Shown here in pieces: positions 48,292 to 57,601 of a DNA stretch of 64,000 nt; position 1 is the stretch's first letter; the number at the start of each line of letters is the position of its first letter. Made by a program: the position numbers and the translations under genes. The notes beneath the pieces are model-generated. The model made no database searches, was not told where the DNA came from, and worked only from the letters and a program-made list of their open reading frames with translations. Source of the DNA: an uncultured Thalassolituus sp. (GTDB taxonomy: Bacteria > Pseudomonadota > Gammaproteobacteria > Pseudomonadales > Oceanobacteraceae); the NCBI RefSeq assembly GCF_950066645.1, contig NZ_CATMFB010000010.1, positions 95,139-159,138 of the forward strand, written 5' to 3'.

Positions 48292-50409
48292 TCAGTATCG
48301 TTCACGCCACAGAATAATCCTCTCGTGGCCACGGTACACGCCAAAACGGGCTGTGCCTTCAGGGTCTTCGTCGGTACCGTCATTGTCATAATCACCTTCC
48401 AGCCAGGACGGCGCATCAAAGGTGACACCAACCGATCCCGTATCCGGTGTGCCCGGTACCAGGACCGGCGCACGTAATAAAATTCCACCCTGACTTCGCC
48501 CCGCAGAAAGAATCCCGGCGCTGGTCATAGTGTCTGTCAGTCCGGAGGCAGACAGCGTTGCTGCCGCTGCGTCCCAACTGGTGCCAGTATCGTCTTCATT
48601 CAGACGATAGCGGCTACCGTCAAAATATTCTGTCCTCAGGGGAACAGCCAGATTCTGTGTTTCCGGTCCGTAAGTATCTTCTATCCATAAACGGCCATAT
48701 TTAATGGAGAGTGGCGCACCAGGTGTCAGGATAACCGGAGAATCGAGACCAACGCTGTCACTGTCTGTAACATCAGTTAACCGGAAACTCAGAGCAGGAC
48801 CGAAGGGAGCCACTTCTGCCACCTGACTGCGCTGGTAGCGCATCGCATCCAGAGGGCTCATGACATAACTGAAGGTACCATTATCCGACACACTGAGCGC
48901 GCCTTGTTGAAGGTCCGCACCGAATGCCAGCGCATTGCTGTCTGTACCCGTCGCAACCGAGTCAGCAAGCGGGGCTGCCACGGTAATGCCCGTATCCGCA
49001 AGACGCTGAAATCCGGTCTGCGTATAGTTTTCGGTGATGCCTCCGGCAGCGTTTCGAGCCGTGATTTCAAACTCCGGCGCCACCAGCCAGTCCATATCCT
49101 GACCGCTGTATGTGAAGGCACCCGCTGTGTTACAAAAAGGCCTGATTTCGCCCATTTCAAGGGCCGTTCCAGAGAAGTGATCCGGAATAAACCGACCGGC
49201 CGGCACCGCAGAGTAGGTTCCCAGCGGATAGCCAAAGTAGTCAGGCGCTGTGACATCGAATCTGAACACCCCGACTTCGCTTTCCGTCATCGATACCTGA
49301 CGCGTCCCTCCGGCAACAGGATTGTGGTCGTAGGAAACCGGGCTGATTACCCCCGGGTGATTGGCCGGTGACGGCGACAGTACGGTCGCAGACAGCCCGA
49401 GGCCGGTAGCGCTGTAGCTCGCAAGGGCACTGTTACCGCTACAGAAATCGCTGTCGCCATCCCCGCCCCAGCCGACAGCAGTCACTGAGAGGTTGAATGG
49501 CTGTCCGGCTACCGCTGCCGCCGGACAGCTTGCATCAGCGTCTGTGCAGGCGAATCCGGTCGCGACACACAACCCCTGCGGCCGCGCGATAAAGTCATCA
49601 CTGCCCGTCATCAGCAGTCCGGCATCGACCCCAGTGCCGCTGTATAGCAGGTTCAGGCGAAGCTGCCCGGCATCGGCATAATTGAGCGTCACCTGTGTTT
49701 CGCCCTGCGCATCGAACGGGAGACTCACAGGCACCGCCGTGCCCGCCGATATACCCACAGGCGTCGAATTAACCTCTGCCGCCAGACTTGCAACGCGCCC
49801 CGCCGGGCCAGGATCGAGGTAGTCTGTCCATAGAGACAGCGCACGGGTAACTGAAGAAAACGCCGGCACACACTGCTGCGTGACATCGTCTTTACGCACT
49901 GCCGCAATTGTTACTGTCGTGCCACGACCCGCAATAAACGAGATACTGTTGACGTAACTCGTGGCGTTGTCAGAATAAAAATGAAAATAGAAATTCCGCG
50001 TAAAATTGAGAGGATTAACAAAGTTAATATGAAAATCTTCCATAATATCCCGCGCCCGAGTGAGATTGGTGCTGTTACCAATCACATAGCCTGACTCTGT
50101 GACTTCACGCCAGAGGTTATCGCTCGACTGCTTATTATTGCCGTCACCGACCAGTAGCCAGGGGTGCATGGAGCGCCACTCCTGATGTGGACGGACATCA
50201 TATCCCTGATATGGGAAAAACTGCTCAGGGTACTTTTTATAGACCGCAGTATTCAGAGGCGCGTCCTCACGCCAACGTGTTGCCTGAGTCCACTCGTAGG
50301 TGGCCGCAATGACGGGCGCGGCGATTAATACCAACAGACATAACACCAGGTAGAAGCTACCCAGAAATACGACTTTACACCCAAAACCCAACGCCGCCAG
50401 TCTACTCAT
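48292..50409 (-). CDS. mshQ: MshQ-like pilus adhesin 1 (short aromatic-rich head + DUF6701-type C-terminus)
   Basis: Follows mshP with a 1-nt overlap; AVRKDD..CVPAF, YGRLWIE, FGVYRGHERII. Confidence 0.82.
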   Translation of the reverse strand: MSRLAALGFGCKVVFLGSFYLVLCLLVLIAAPVIAATYEWTQATRWREDAPLNTAVYKKYPEQFFPYQGYDVRPHQEWRSMHPWLLVGDGNNKQSSDNLWREVTESGYVIGNSTNLTRARDIMEDFHINFVNPLNFTRNFYFHFYSDNATSYVNSISFIAGRGTTVTIAAVRKDDVTQQCVPAFSSVTRALSLWTDYLDPGPAGRVASLAAEVNSTPVGISAGTAVPVSLPFDAQGETQVTLNYADAGQLRLNLLYSGTGVDAGLLMTGSDDFIARPQGLCVATGFACTDADASCPAAAVAGQPFNLSVTAVGWGGDGDSDFCSGNSALASYSATGLGLSATVLSPSPANHPGVISPVSYDHNPVAGGTRQVSMTESEVGVFRFDVTAPDYFGYPLGTYSAVPAGRFIPDHFSGTALEMGEIRPFCNTAGAFTYSGQDMDWLVAPEFEITARNAAGGITENYTQTGFQRLADTGITVAAPLADSVATGTDSNALAFGADLQQGALSVSDNGTFSYVMSPLDAMRYQRSQVAEVAPFGPALSFRLTDVTDSDSVGLDSPVILTPGAPLSIKYGRLWIEDTYGPETQNLAVPLRTEYFDGSRYRLNEDDTGTSWDAAAATLSASGLTDTMTSAGILSAGRSQGGILLRAPVLVPGTPDTGSVGVTFDAPSWLEGDYDNDGTDEDPEGTARFGVYRGHERIILWRERY

Positions 50410-50807
50410 TATTTAGCCCGGACCTCCAGTATCCGTTGCGCCGCATCCTCACCGCTGCCGCAGGTGCCCGTTGATGTCAGAGTAAAATAATCCACCGTAT
50501 CAACGGTGACCGATTCACAGGTCACTGAGGTACTGCAGCCACGCAGGCCATCAACATTAAAGGCGGCAGAAAAGAAAGGTGCCGTGGCACAGGCCCGTCC
50601 CGGCGACCCGTCCGGAGGCAAAAGAAGATTCAGCGCAGCTTCGGTGCCGCTCTCTGCGGCATAAAATGCGCGGTGTGCCTGTACCTGCAGACTGACCGAC
50701 GCGGAAGAATCGGTCTGCACTGACGACATCGAGGCAATAATAATGGCGAGCACAGTGACAACAAACAATGCCATTGGCAGGCCGAAACCCTGCTGCTTAC
50801 GGTACAT
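50409..50807 (-). CDS. mshP: MSHA biogenesis protein MshP (PilX-like minor pilin)
   Basis: QQGFGLPMALF, RAFYAAESG, C-terminal RILEV. Confidence 0.85.
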   Translation of the reverse strand: MYRKQQGFGLPMALFVVTVLAIIIASMSSVQTDSSASVSLQVQAHRAFYAAESGTEAALNLLLPPDGSPGRACATAPFFSAAFNVDGLRGCSTSVTCESVTVDTVDYFTLTSTGTCGSGEDAAQRILEVRAK

Positions 50808-51591
50808 TGTGAATCCTCACTTGTTGCGCAAGTTCCAGTGATTCTCCGGTCGAAGGATGCACCAGTGCGTACTGAAAGGTAACCAGACCATTGCGTTGTA
50901 ACGTCGGTGGCAGATAGCGGAAATTCAGTGATGCGGTTTCAAGCGGATACGCGAGAACCGTCCGGCCACCAGCACGATTAGAAGGCAGGCCGGCCTTCAG
51001 ATTACTGACATCACTGATAAAGCCATAGCCGCGGTAGCGGTAGAGAAAATCACCATCCTGACAGATGGCTTCGGGTGCCAGCGAGACATAAAAACGTCGT
51101 TCCGGGGAGTCCGTCGGAAACGTATGACTACTCCCCAGGGTGACCGTTATTTCCGCCGTTGAAGCTGGAACACTGCCGGTGTCAGGAGTGAGAGGACCCG
51201 GATCATTCTGAGTATAGATATTGGCGGCCGTCATAGGGTAAACAGAAATATACCCGCTGACGGCGGTAGCCGTTGAGTAAGGTACCGCAAGAAACTGTGT
51301 TACCGCGCTGCCGACCTCCAGGTCGGTATAGGTTGACGCTGCGACCACCGGCATATACTCAATACACTGGCCATCAGAGGTGGTGCGGATACTTCCGGGC
51401 AACGCGTCGCGGATCGCGCGGCTGACCTGCTCGTTAACAACATACCCCGCACCAGCCAGCTGCTGACGACCCGCCGTATCTATCATGCCCTGGCTCGTAG
51501 ACTGAATAAACTGCACTGAAATCATCGCCACAATACCTGCAACCGCGATCGTCAGTACCAGTTCAACCAGAGTAAAGCCACGGGCCCGCAT
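50797..51591 (-). CDS. mshO: MSHA minor pilin MshO
   Basis: RGFTLVELV; EQVSRAIRDALPGSIR; QVRIHNVP. Confidence 0.88.
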   Translation of the reverse strand: MRARGFTLVELVLTIAVAGIVAMISVQFIQSTSQGMIDTAGRQQLAGAGYVVNEQVSRAIRDALPGSIRTTSDGQCIEYMPVVAASTYTDLEVGSAVTQFLAVPYSTATAVSGYISVYPMTAANIYTQNDPGPLTPDTGSVPASTAEITVTLGSSHTFPTDSPERRFYVSLAPEAICQDGDFLYRYRGYGFISDVSNLKAGLPSNRAGGRTVLAYPLETASLNFRYLPPTLQRNGLVTFQYALVHPSTGESLELAQQVRIHNVP

Positions 51592-52079
51592 CAGTAATTC
51601 CCCTTATACACGGAGAAAATACTGTTCTGCCCCCGGGGGTCAACAATATTCACCTGTACCAGCTTGGCGCCCTCAGTATTTACACCAATCGAGTCGTCGC
51701 AGGTGACCGTCACACTGACGGAAAAACCAGCGTAATCCGCTGCCAGTGACGAATCGATCAGCGCCGGGGACTCACTGTCGATTTCATCGAAATCATCGAC
51801 ATCGTCATAATCGTCCCGGTCTTCACCATCGTCTGTTATCCGACAGGCTCCGGTATATGCAGGCACCCCATACGGCCCGGTTGCTTCATCAAAACGATGA
51901 GACAGGATTTCATCAAAATAGAGTTGGGCAAGATCAAGCGCCCGACTCTGAACCATCGCATCGGAAGAGCGACCACTCAGCACCTGAAACGCCTGTAGCG
52001 ATGCCACAAGGGCGACAGAAATAATGACAATGGTTAACACCATTTCAACAAGAGACAGACCCCGCGTATGTCGGATCAT
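51591..52079 (-). CDS. mshD: MSHA minor pilin MshD
   Basis: RGLSLVEMV; RALDLAQLYFDEILSHRFDE; YKGNY. Confidence 0.88.
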   Translation of the reverse strand: MIRHTRGLSLVEMVLTIVIISVALVASLQAFQVLSGRSSDAMVQSRALDLAQLYFDEILSHRFDEATGPYGVPAYTGACRITDDGEDRDDYDDVDDFDEIDSESPALIDSSLAADYAGFSVSVTVTCDDSIGVNTEGAKLVQVNIVDPRGQNSIFSVYKGNY

Positions 52080-52091
52080 GCTTCGCTCCCT

Positions 52092-52565
52092 TTATGGCTG
52101 GCAGGTACCGGTGTAAGAAAAGCCACTGGCAGAAATACACAAGGAATGACTGTTGCCAGAAGCGAAAACAAACTGTGTGGCACTGCCCGTTTCTGCGTTT
52201 TCATCGAAACTGAGAGAGACTGACCCACCGTTTGCCAGGGCAGAACCATTGACCGTAAGCGTCGCTCCGGCACGTTCCGCACTGCGAGGAGGATTGAATG
52301 TCACCGTTCCCTGAGAAACGCTGAACAACCAGAGGTCGGAGGTTTGGGAAATGGTGAGATTAACCGGGGTTCCGTTGACAACATTCGCCAACGCTTTTTT
52401 CTGAGCCAGCAGCGCCGAAGCAACCAGCTGCTCACGTGCTCCCAGTGTGGCAAACCGATCTGTGTTGATAAACAGACCACTTGCCGTTGCTGCCAGGATG
52501 GCGATCAGAGCGATCACCATCACCAGCTCAACCAGAGTAAAACCTTTGCTCCCTGGCTTGGTCAT
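52092..52565 (-). CDS. mshC: MSHA minor pilin MshC
   Basis: KGFTLVELVMVI; AREQL....LAQ..A; position between mshA and mshD. Confidence 0.8.
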   Translation of the reverse strand: MTKPGSKGFTLVELVMVIALIAILAATASGLFINTDRFATLGAREQLVASALLAQKKALANVVNGTPVNLTISQTSDLWLFSVSQGTVTFNPPRSAERAGATLTVNGSALANGGSVSLSFDENAETGSATQFVFASGNSHSLCISASGFSYTGTCQP

Positions 52566-52569
52566 GTAA

Positions 52570-53037
52570 TCAGCAACCGCTGTCGGTCACCTGCACATCC
52601 GGAGATGCACCAATCGGTGAAGTGTTCGCGCCGCCTGTACCATCGGTAGCCGCGGTATAAGTTACCAGACAGTTGGTCTGCAGTGTGTAGGTAATATTGT
52701 TACCACCTGACGCACCACCGGTACTGATCGTATACTCACCCGCAACCTGGGCCGCCTCCGTAATACCCGCCGCATTCGCGGTTGGGTAACCGTTCACCAT
52801 AGTAATCGCCTGCCCCTCCAGCGTAACGCCGGTACCGAGAGTTGATCCATCCGCCAATTGCTGCGCATGTGCAATATTCGCCGCTGACCGTAACGCACCC
52901 GCCAGGGCCTGAAGACTCGCTTCCCGTGCCTGTTCACCGAAATCTGCAAAACGGGGCAGAGCAAAGGCAGAAAGCACACCGAGAATAACGATTACCATGA
53001 TCAGTTCAATCAGAGTAAAACCTGCTTGTTTTTTCAT
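52570..53037 (-). CDS. mshA: MSHA major pilin
   Basis: MKKQAGFTLIELIMVIVILGVLSAFALPRF; GYPTA; GGAGT RBS. Confidence 0.92.
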   Translation of the reverse strand: MKKQAGFTLIELIMVIVILGVLSAFALPRFADFGEQAREASLQALAGALRSAANIAHAQQLADGSTLGTGVTLEGQAITMVNGYPTANAAGITEAAQVAGEYTISTGGASGGNNITYTLQTNCLVTYTAATDGTGGANTSPIGASPDVQVTDSGC

Positions 53038-53054
53038 ATCCCGACTCCTGTGTG

Positions 53055-53558
53055 TTATCGGATGTTCCAGCTTACACGGCCATTTGCCGCATCATATTCA
53101 ATGTAATATCTGTTGCCGCTCAACTGGTGGTAATAACGGCAGCGTCCTTCAACTTCCTCGACCCGGAAATCAGCACTCAGGCTGTCGCCGGAAGTCAGTG
53201 TCGGAACTTCGATGTCCAGCAGGCTTGTCCATAATCCCGTACAGCGCTCTGCACCTGTCACCTCAGAAGACGCATCCACATCTTCTTTCCTGCCCAGCGG
53301 CCAGCCACTTTCTGTCATTTTCATGGCAATCAGTAACTGACTGTTCCGGTCCGTCAGCCACACTTTGTGAAATGTATGAGCACTCACTTGTATGGCACTG
53401 CCGACGGCCTTCACATGGGCGCGGTACGCTTCATCAATCAGGTCGTCTAACCTCGGCACCAGGAACAGCATTCCCAGTGCCATGACTGCTAAGGCAACCG
53501 CGCTCTGCAGCAGGCTGAATCCTCTGAACCTTTCAGCGGACAGCAACAGCATTGGCAT
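53055..53558 (-). CDS. mshB: MSHA pilin-like protein MshB/MshF
   Basis: RGFSLLQ (Gln at +5); GWP...C..LW..LL; CRYY. Confidence 0.65.
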   Translation of the reverse strand: MPMLLLSAERFRGFSLLQSAVALAVMALGMLFLVPRLDDLIDEAYRAHVKAVGSAIQVSAHTFHKVWLTDRNSQLLIAMKMTESGWPLGRKEDVDASSEVTGAERCTGLWTSLLDIEVPTLTSGDSLSADFRVEEVEGRCRYYHQLSGNRYYIEYDAANGRVSWNIR

Positions 53559-53653
53559 AATTAAACCTTAGTAGAGGCCGGATGCTTCGCAGGTCTTTTT
53601 TACGAAATAAAACATAATTCATATACATTCCCTGTCTTGAAAACCGACGAAAA

Positions 53654-54871
53654 TTACTTGCCTGTTACAGCACCGCTGAGTTCCCACACAGGCAGGAACA
53701 CACCAAGCGCCAGTAACAGCACCAGAGCACCTAAAAACACCAGCAGAATCGGCTCAATGGCGTCTGCGAGTTGTTTCAGCTCGTAATCGATTTCCTGTTC
53801 GTAAAAATCTGCAACTTCATCCAGAAGTTTGTCGATTGAGCCAGTTTCTTCACCAACGGCCATCATCTGTAGAACCAGTGGTGTAAACAGGCCAGTCTGC
53901 ATCGCCGTATTTGTTAACCGCTCACCGCGCTGTACCCCATCACCCATCGAAGTAATGGCCTTACCGATAAATAAATTACCGACACTGCCCGCTACAATAG
54001 TCAGGGTATTCAGGATTGGCACACCAGCGGTGAGCATCATAGAAAATGACCGCGAGAAACGGGCCAGGGCAATTCGTTCAAAAATACTTCCGATCAGTGG
54101 CAGTCTGAGCTTCGCTCTGTCCCACCATAGCCCACCGGCGTCGGTTGAAATGTATTGTCGGAAACCAACAAACCCCACAATCGTGCCGACCAGCAGCAGG
54201 TGCCACCAGTTCTGCATAAACTCAGATGTCGCGATAAGAATTAATGTCGCGAAAGGCAAGTCGGCCCCCAATTTACTGAACACCGCTGAAAAGCTTGGAA
54301 TCACAAACATGGTGATGACCACCATGGCCACGACTATGGCCGAGACCACCATAATCGGATACCGCAATGCGGATTTAATCCGTTTTTTGGTCTCCCTCTC
54401 CATTTCAAGGTGACCCACAAGGCGTATCAACGCATGATCGAGATTACCTGTGCTCTCACCGATGTGGATCATGCTGATATAAATCGGCGAAAACAGCTTA
54501 GGATGACGACGGAAGCCCGAAGCCAGGTCGGAGCCCGACACCAACACCTGACTGATATCATCCAGTACTACTTTCAGCGCCTCATTGCTGGCAGATTCCG
54601 CCAACCCAGACAGCGCCCGGATAATAGGCACCCCGGCTTTAGTTAACGCATAAAGCTGACGGGTGAAGAGAATCAGTTCTTCTGCGCTGATTTTCGCAGA
54701 ACGCAGTGACACAGGTTTTGAGGCCTGAGCTGTTGCCTGCTCTGCAATTTTCAGAGGGGTAACCCCCTTCTGCATCAGCTGCGCGATGGCCATATCCCTG
54801 TTGCCGGCCTGCAGATTCCCTTCGACCGCATTGCCGCTCTGATCGCGGCCCCGGTAAAGGAAAGTCGCCAT
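53654..54871 (-). CDS. mshG: MSHA inner-membrane platform protein (GspF/PilC family)
   Basis: FTRQL..L.KAGVPI, GESTGNLD, MM.VGEETG. Confidence 0.93.
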   Translation of the reverse strand: MATFLYRGRDQSGNAVEGNLQAGNRDMAIAQLMQKGVTPLKIAEQATAQASKPVSLRSAKISAEELILFTRQLYALTKAGVPIIRALSGLAESASNEALKVVLDDISQVLVSGSDLASGFRRHPKLFSPIYISMIHIGESTGNLDHALIRLVGHLEMERETKKRIKSALRYPIMVVSAIVVAMVVITMFVIPSFSAVFSKLGADLPFATLILIATSEFMQNWWHLLLVGTIVGFVGFRQYISTDAGGLWWDRAKLRLPLIGSIFERIALARFSRSFSMMLTAGVPILNTLTIVAGSVGNLFIGKAITSMGDGVQRGERLTNTAMQTGLFTPLVLQMMAVGEETGSIDKLLDEVADFYEQEIDYELKQLADAIEPILLVFLGALVLLLALGVFLPVWELSGAVTGK

Positions 54872-56586
54872 CAGATATCCTCACCGTCGAGAGTGGCAGA
54901 TACCCTGAATACTTCGTCGAGAGACGTCACCCCTTGTCGGGCAAGATCCAGCGCTGACAACGCCAGCGGCCGGAAGTATTCGGAACGCATGGCCGCTTCA
55001 CTGAACGCCTGCTGATCGCCGCGACGCAACGCAGCGACCATGTCACTGTTTACCTCCAGCAATTCGTAGATACCGACGCGCCCCTGATAGCCCGTATTAT
55101 GACAGTGATGACATCCACGACCATGCAGGTAAGGTGCTGAAGCGGACTCCGGTTCCATAGATTCCAGCCAGGCTTTTTCCTGAGCATCCGGCTGATACGG
55201 CTGAGTACAGTGATGACACAGTTTCTTAATCAGTCGTTGTGCCATTACAGCCCGCAGCGACGACGCCACCAGGTAAGAATCAACGCCCATGTCCATCAGA
55301 CGCGCTGGTGCAGATACCGCATCGTTGGTGTGCAGTGTTGACAGCACCATGTGACCAGTCATCGCTGCACGAAGACCAATTTCAGCGGTTTCGTGATCAC
55401 GCATCTCACCAATCAGTACGATATCAGGGTCCTGACGCAGCGCCGCACGCAGCACAGTAGAGAATTCCAGCCCGATCTTTGTATTTACCTGTACCTGATT
55501 AATGCGCGGCAGACGGTATTCAATCGGATCTTCGGCAGTAATGATTTTCTGCTCAGCCTGATTAAGCTGAGTCAGTGCCGCATAAAGCGTAGTTGTTTTA
55601 CCCGACCCTGTCGGGCCCGTCACCAGAATCAGACCATGCGGCCGTGATATCAGATATTCGAAACGCTTCTGAATTTTTTCGCCCATACCCAGCGACGCCA
55701 TACTGAGAATGCCGCCGCTCTGATCCAGCAGACGCATCACCACTGACTCACCAAACTGAACAGGCATGGTCGAGAGACGGACGTCGATATTTTTATTGCG
55801 TACGCGAATATTGAAACGTCCATCCTGAGGAAGACGTTTTTCAGAAATATCCAGCCCCGACATAATTTTGAGCCTGGAAACGAGCGCTGAAGCCACTCGT
55901 TTTTCTTTCATCACCTGTTCCTGCAGCTCACCATCGACCCGCAGCCGGATACGCAGCTGGCTCTCTTCAGGCTCAATATGTACATCCGATGCCTTGACCT
56001 GCACGGCGTCCTCAAACAGATTCTGCAGCAGACGTACCACAGGCGCTTCGGAGGTATCAGAAGAAGAAACGATGGCATTGATATCAAAATCACTGCTCTG
56101 CAGCTCACCGGCTAACTCACCGGCGATCGTTGCCATCTGTTCCTGACGACGGTACACATTATCAAGAATTGAAAGAAGTTCGGTCTCCTGCACGAAGGCG
56201 GGCATGACCGGCTTTTTCAGAATCCGCTGCAGATCATCGATAATCATCAGATCTGTCGGATCTGCCATACCGACCAGTATTCCCTGAGGGTCTTCTGACA
56301 GCAGCAGACAACGGTAGCGGCGCGCCTGAGTTTCAGGCAGACGCTGAATCAAAGCGTTATCGAGGCGGAAACGCGACAGATCAATATACGGATAACCAAA
56401 ATAATCCGACAGGATCTGTAACAGTTTTACCTCAGTAACAAAACCGAGGTCGGTAATGGCTTTACCGAGTTTTTTTCCGGTACGTTTCTGTTCTGCCAGG
56501 GCCATCATCAGCTGTTCCTGATTAATCAGCTGACGCTCTAACAGCAGATCCCCGACACGGACTTTTTTACTGACTCTGGTTTCCAT
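54871..56586 (-). CDS. mshE: MSHA extension ATPase with MshEN domain
   Basis: RVGDLLL N-terminus; GPTGSGKTTT; EDPIEY; RQDPD..LIGEMRD; STLHTND. Confidence 0.95.
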   Translation of the reverse strand: METRVSKKVRVGDLLLERQLINQEQLMMALAEQKRTGKKLGKAITDLGFVTEVKLLQILSDYFGYPYIDLSRFRLDNALIQRLPETQARRYRCLLLSEDPQGILVGMADPTDLMIIDDLQRILKKPVMPAFVQETELLSILDNVYRRQEQMATIAGELAGELQSSDFDINAIVSSSDTSEAPVVRLLQNLFEDAVQVKASDVHIEPEESQLRIRLRVDGELQEQVMKEKRVASALVSRLKIMSGLDISEKRLPQDGRFNIRVRNKNIDVRLSTMPVQFGESVVMRLLDQSGGILSMASLGMGEKIQKRFEYLISRPHGLILVTGPTGSGKTTTLYAALTQLNQAEQKIITAEDPIEYRLPRINQVQVNTKIGLEFSTVLRAALRQDPDIVLIGEMRDHETAEIGLRAAMTGHMVLSTLHTNDAVSAPARLMDMGVDSYLVASSLRAVMAQRLIKKLCHHCTQPYQPDAQEKAWLESMEPESASAPYLHGRGCHHCHNTGYQGRVGIYELLEVNSDMVAALRRGDQQAFSEAAMRSEYFRPLALSALDLARQGVTSLDEVFRVSATLDGEDI

Positions 56587-56589
56587 AAC

Positions 56590-57591
56590 TTAACGTAATA
56601 CTCCCTGCTGATATGACACCCAGCGACGCTGATCAGTCGTCAGTTCGTATTCTGCTACCAGGTGTCGCAGATTGCGTTTCGCGGCTTCAATCTGGCCTGC
56701 GTCTATCTGCGCCTGCGTCTGAGCAATCGCCCATTCGGCACGTTTTGGCTGGATCGTCATCAATACGCCGTACTGCTGTACCGCAGCGCTGTAAATCCCG
56801 AACATATGCAGGCCCGGTGCCACCACGCTGAGCCAGTTAATATCGCGTTCAGCGGAGTGCGCATCAAACAGTGCAAGAAAGTCGTCGCGCATTCCCTGTT
56901 CCAGATAAATCCGCTCTTTCAGAGTGATAAATTCCATACGTGGCTCGGCACTGATCGCATCATCAAGCGCAACAATCGCGGCCTGCCAGTCGCCACTGCG
57001 ATAGCGGTGAATCGCCTTGCCATAGTGGTCATCCGGAGACAGACGGCGTACGACAGACACCTCAGAGCTCTGCACTGGCGTGACTGCCTTGCGCGTCGCT
57101 GGCGCTTTTACTGCGACAGAGGCACGGTCCTGAACGACAGGCGCTATTGCCTCTGCAACGGGGACCGACACCTGATCGCTGCCTGATGCCAATGGCGCCT
57201 GAGCGACCGCCTGAGCAACCACTTCCGCATCCGATTTATGCACGCTGGCGGCCACCTGATGACTTTCGAGGTCGGCCAGTTCGCTGGTAAGCACGACGGC
57301 CGGGGCTTTATTTTCTGGTATCACTGTCACCGTCTCTGGCACCAGCTGAGTGACTGGAGGAGCAGGTGCTACCGGAAGCTCCGGCAGAACGCTTGTATCA
57401 ATGATCGCCGGCGTCGCCTTAAGGTAATCACTGAAATAAACCACCATGCCCGCACTGAGAAGTGATACCAACACTGCTGGCCAGATAACCAGACGATGAT
57501 TGCCCGCGTCGTTGGCATACCCCTCAACGTCGCTGCCCTGCACATCCCGGCGTTCGTCGAGATCCTGTAATACCTGATGAATTAGACTCAC
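56590..57591 (-). CDS. mshN: MSHA biogenesis protein MshN (TPR)
   Basis: MSLIHQVLQDLDERR, TM, Pro/Ala linker, C-terminal TPR-like helices. Confidence 0.8.
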   Translation of the reverse strand: MSLIHQVLQDLDERRDVQGSDVEGYANDAGNHRLVIWPAVLVSLLSAGMVVYFSDYLKATPAIIDTSVLPELPVAPAPPVTQLVPETVTVIPENKAPAVVLTSELADLESHQVAASVHKSDAEVVAQAVAQAPLASGSDQVSVPVAEAIAPVVQDRASVAVKAPATRKAVTPVQSSEVSVVRRLSPDDHYGKAIHRYRSGDWQAAIVALDDAISAEPRMEFITLKERIYLEQGMRDDFLALFDAHSAERDINWLSVVAPGLHMFGIYSAAVQQYGVLMTIQPKRAEWAIAQTQAQIDAGQIEAAKRNLRHLVAEYELTTDQRRWVSYQQGVLR

Positions 57592-57601
57592 GCTCTACTC
57601 C

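Noticed and set aside
42561-50409. DGR, shufflon or phase-variable cassette exchange among the three mshQ copies
   Set aside because: No reverse transcriptase, invertase, TR/VR pair or identical recombination sites seen; the paralogues differ at synonymous positions and all have intact starts
53570-53615. c-di-GMP-I riboswitch-like stretch (GCGAAGCATCCGGCCTCT) before mshB
   Set aside because: Lacks the GGCAAA/GNRA P2 arm and the P3 closing elements; resemblance is partial. An Infernal RF01051 search would settle it
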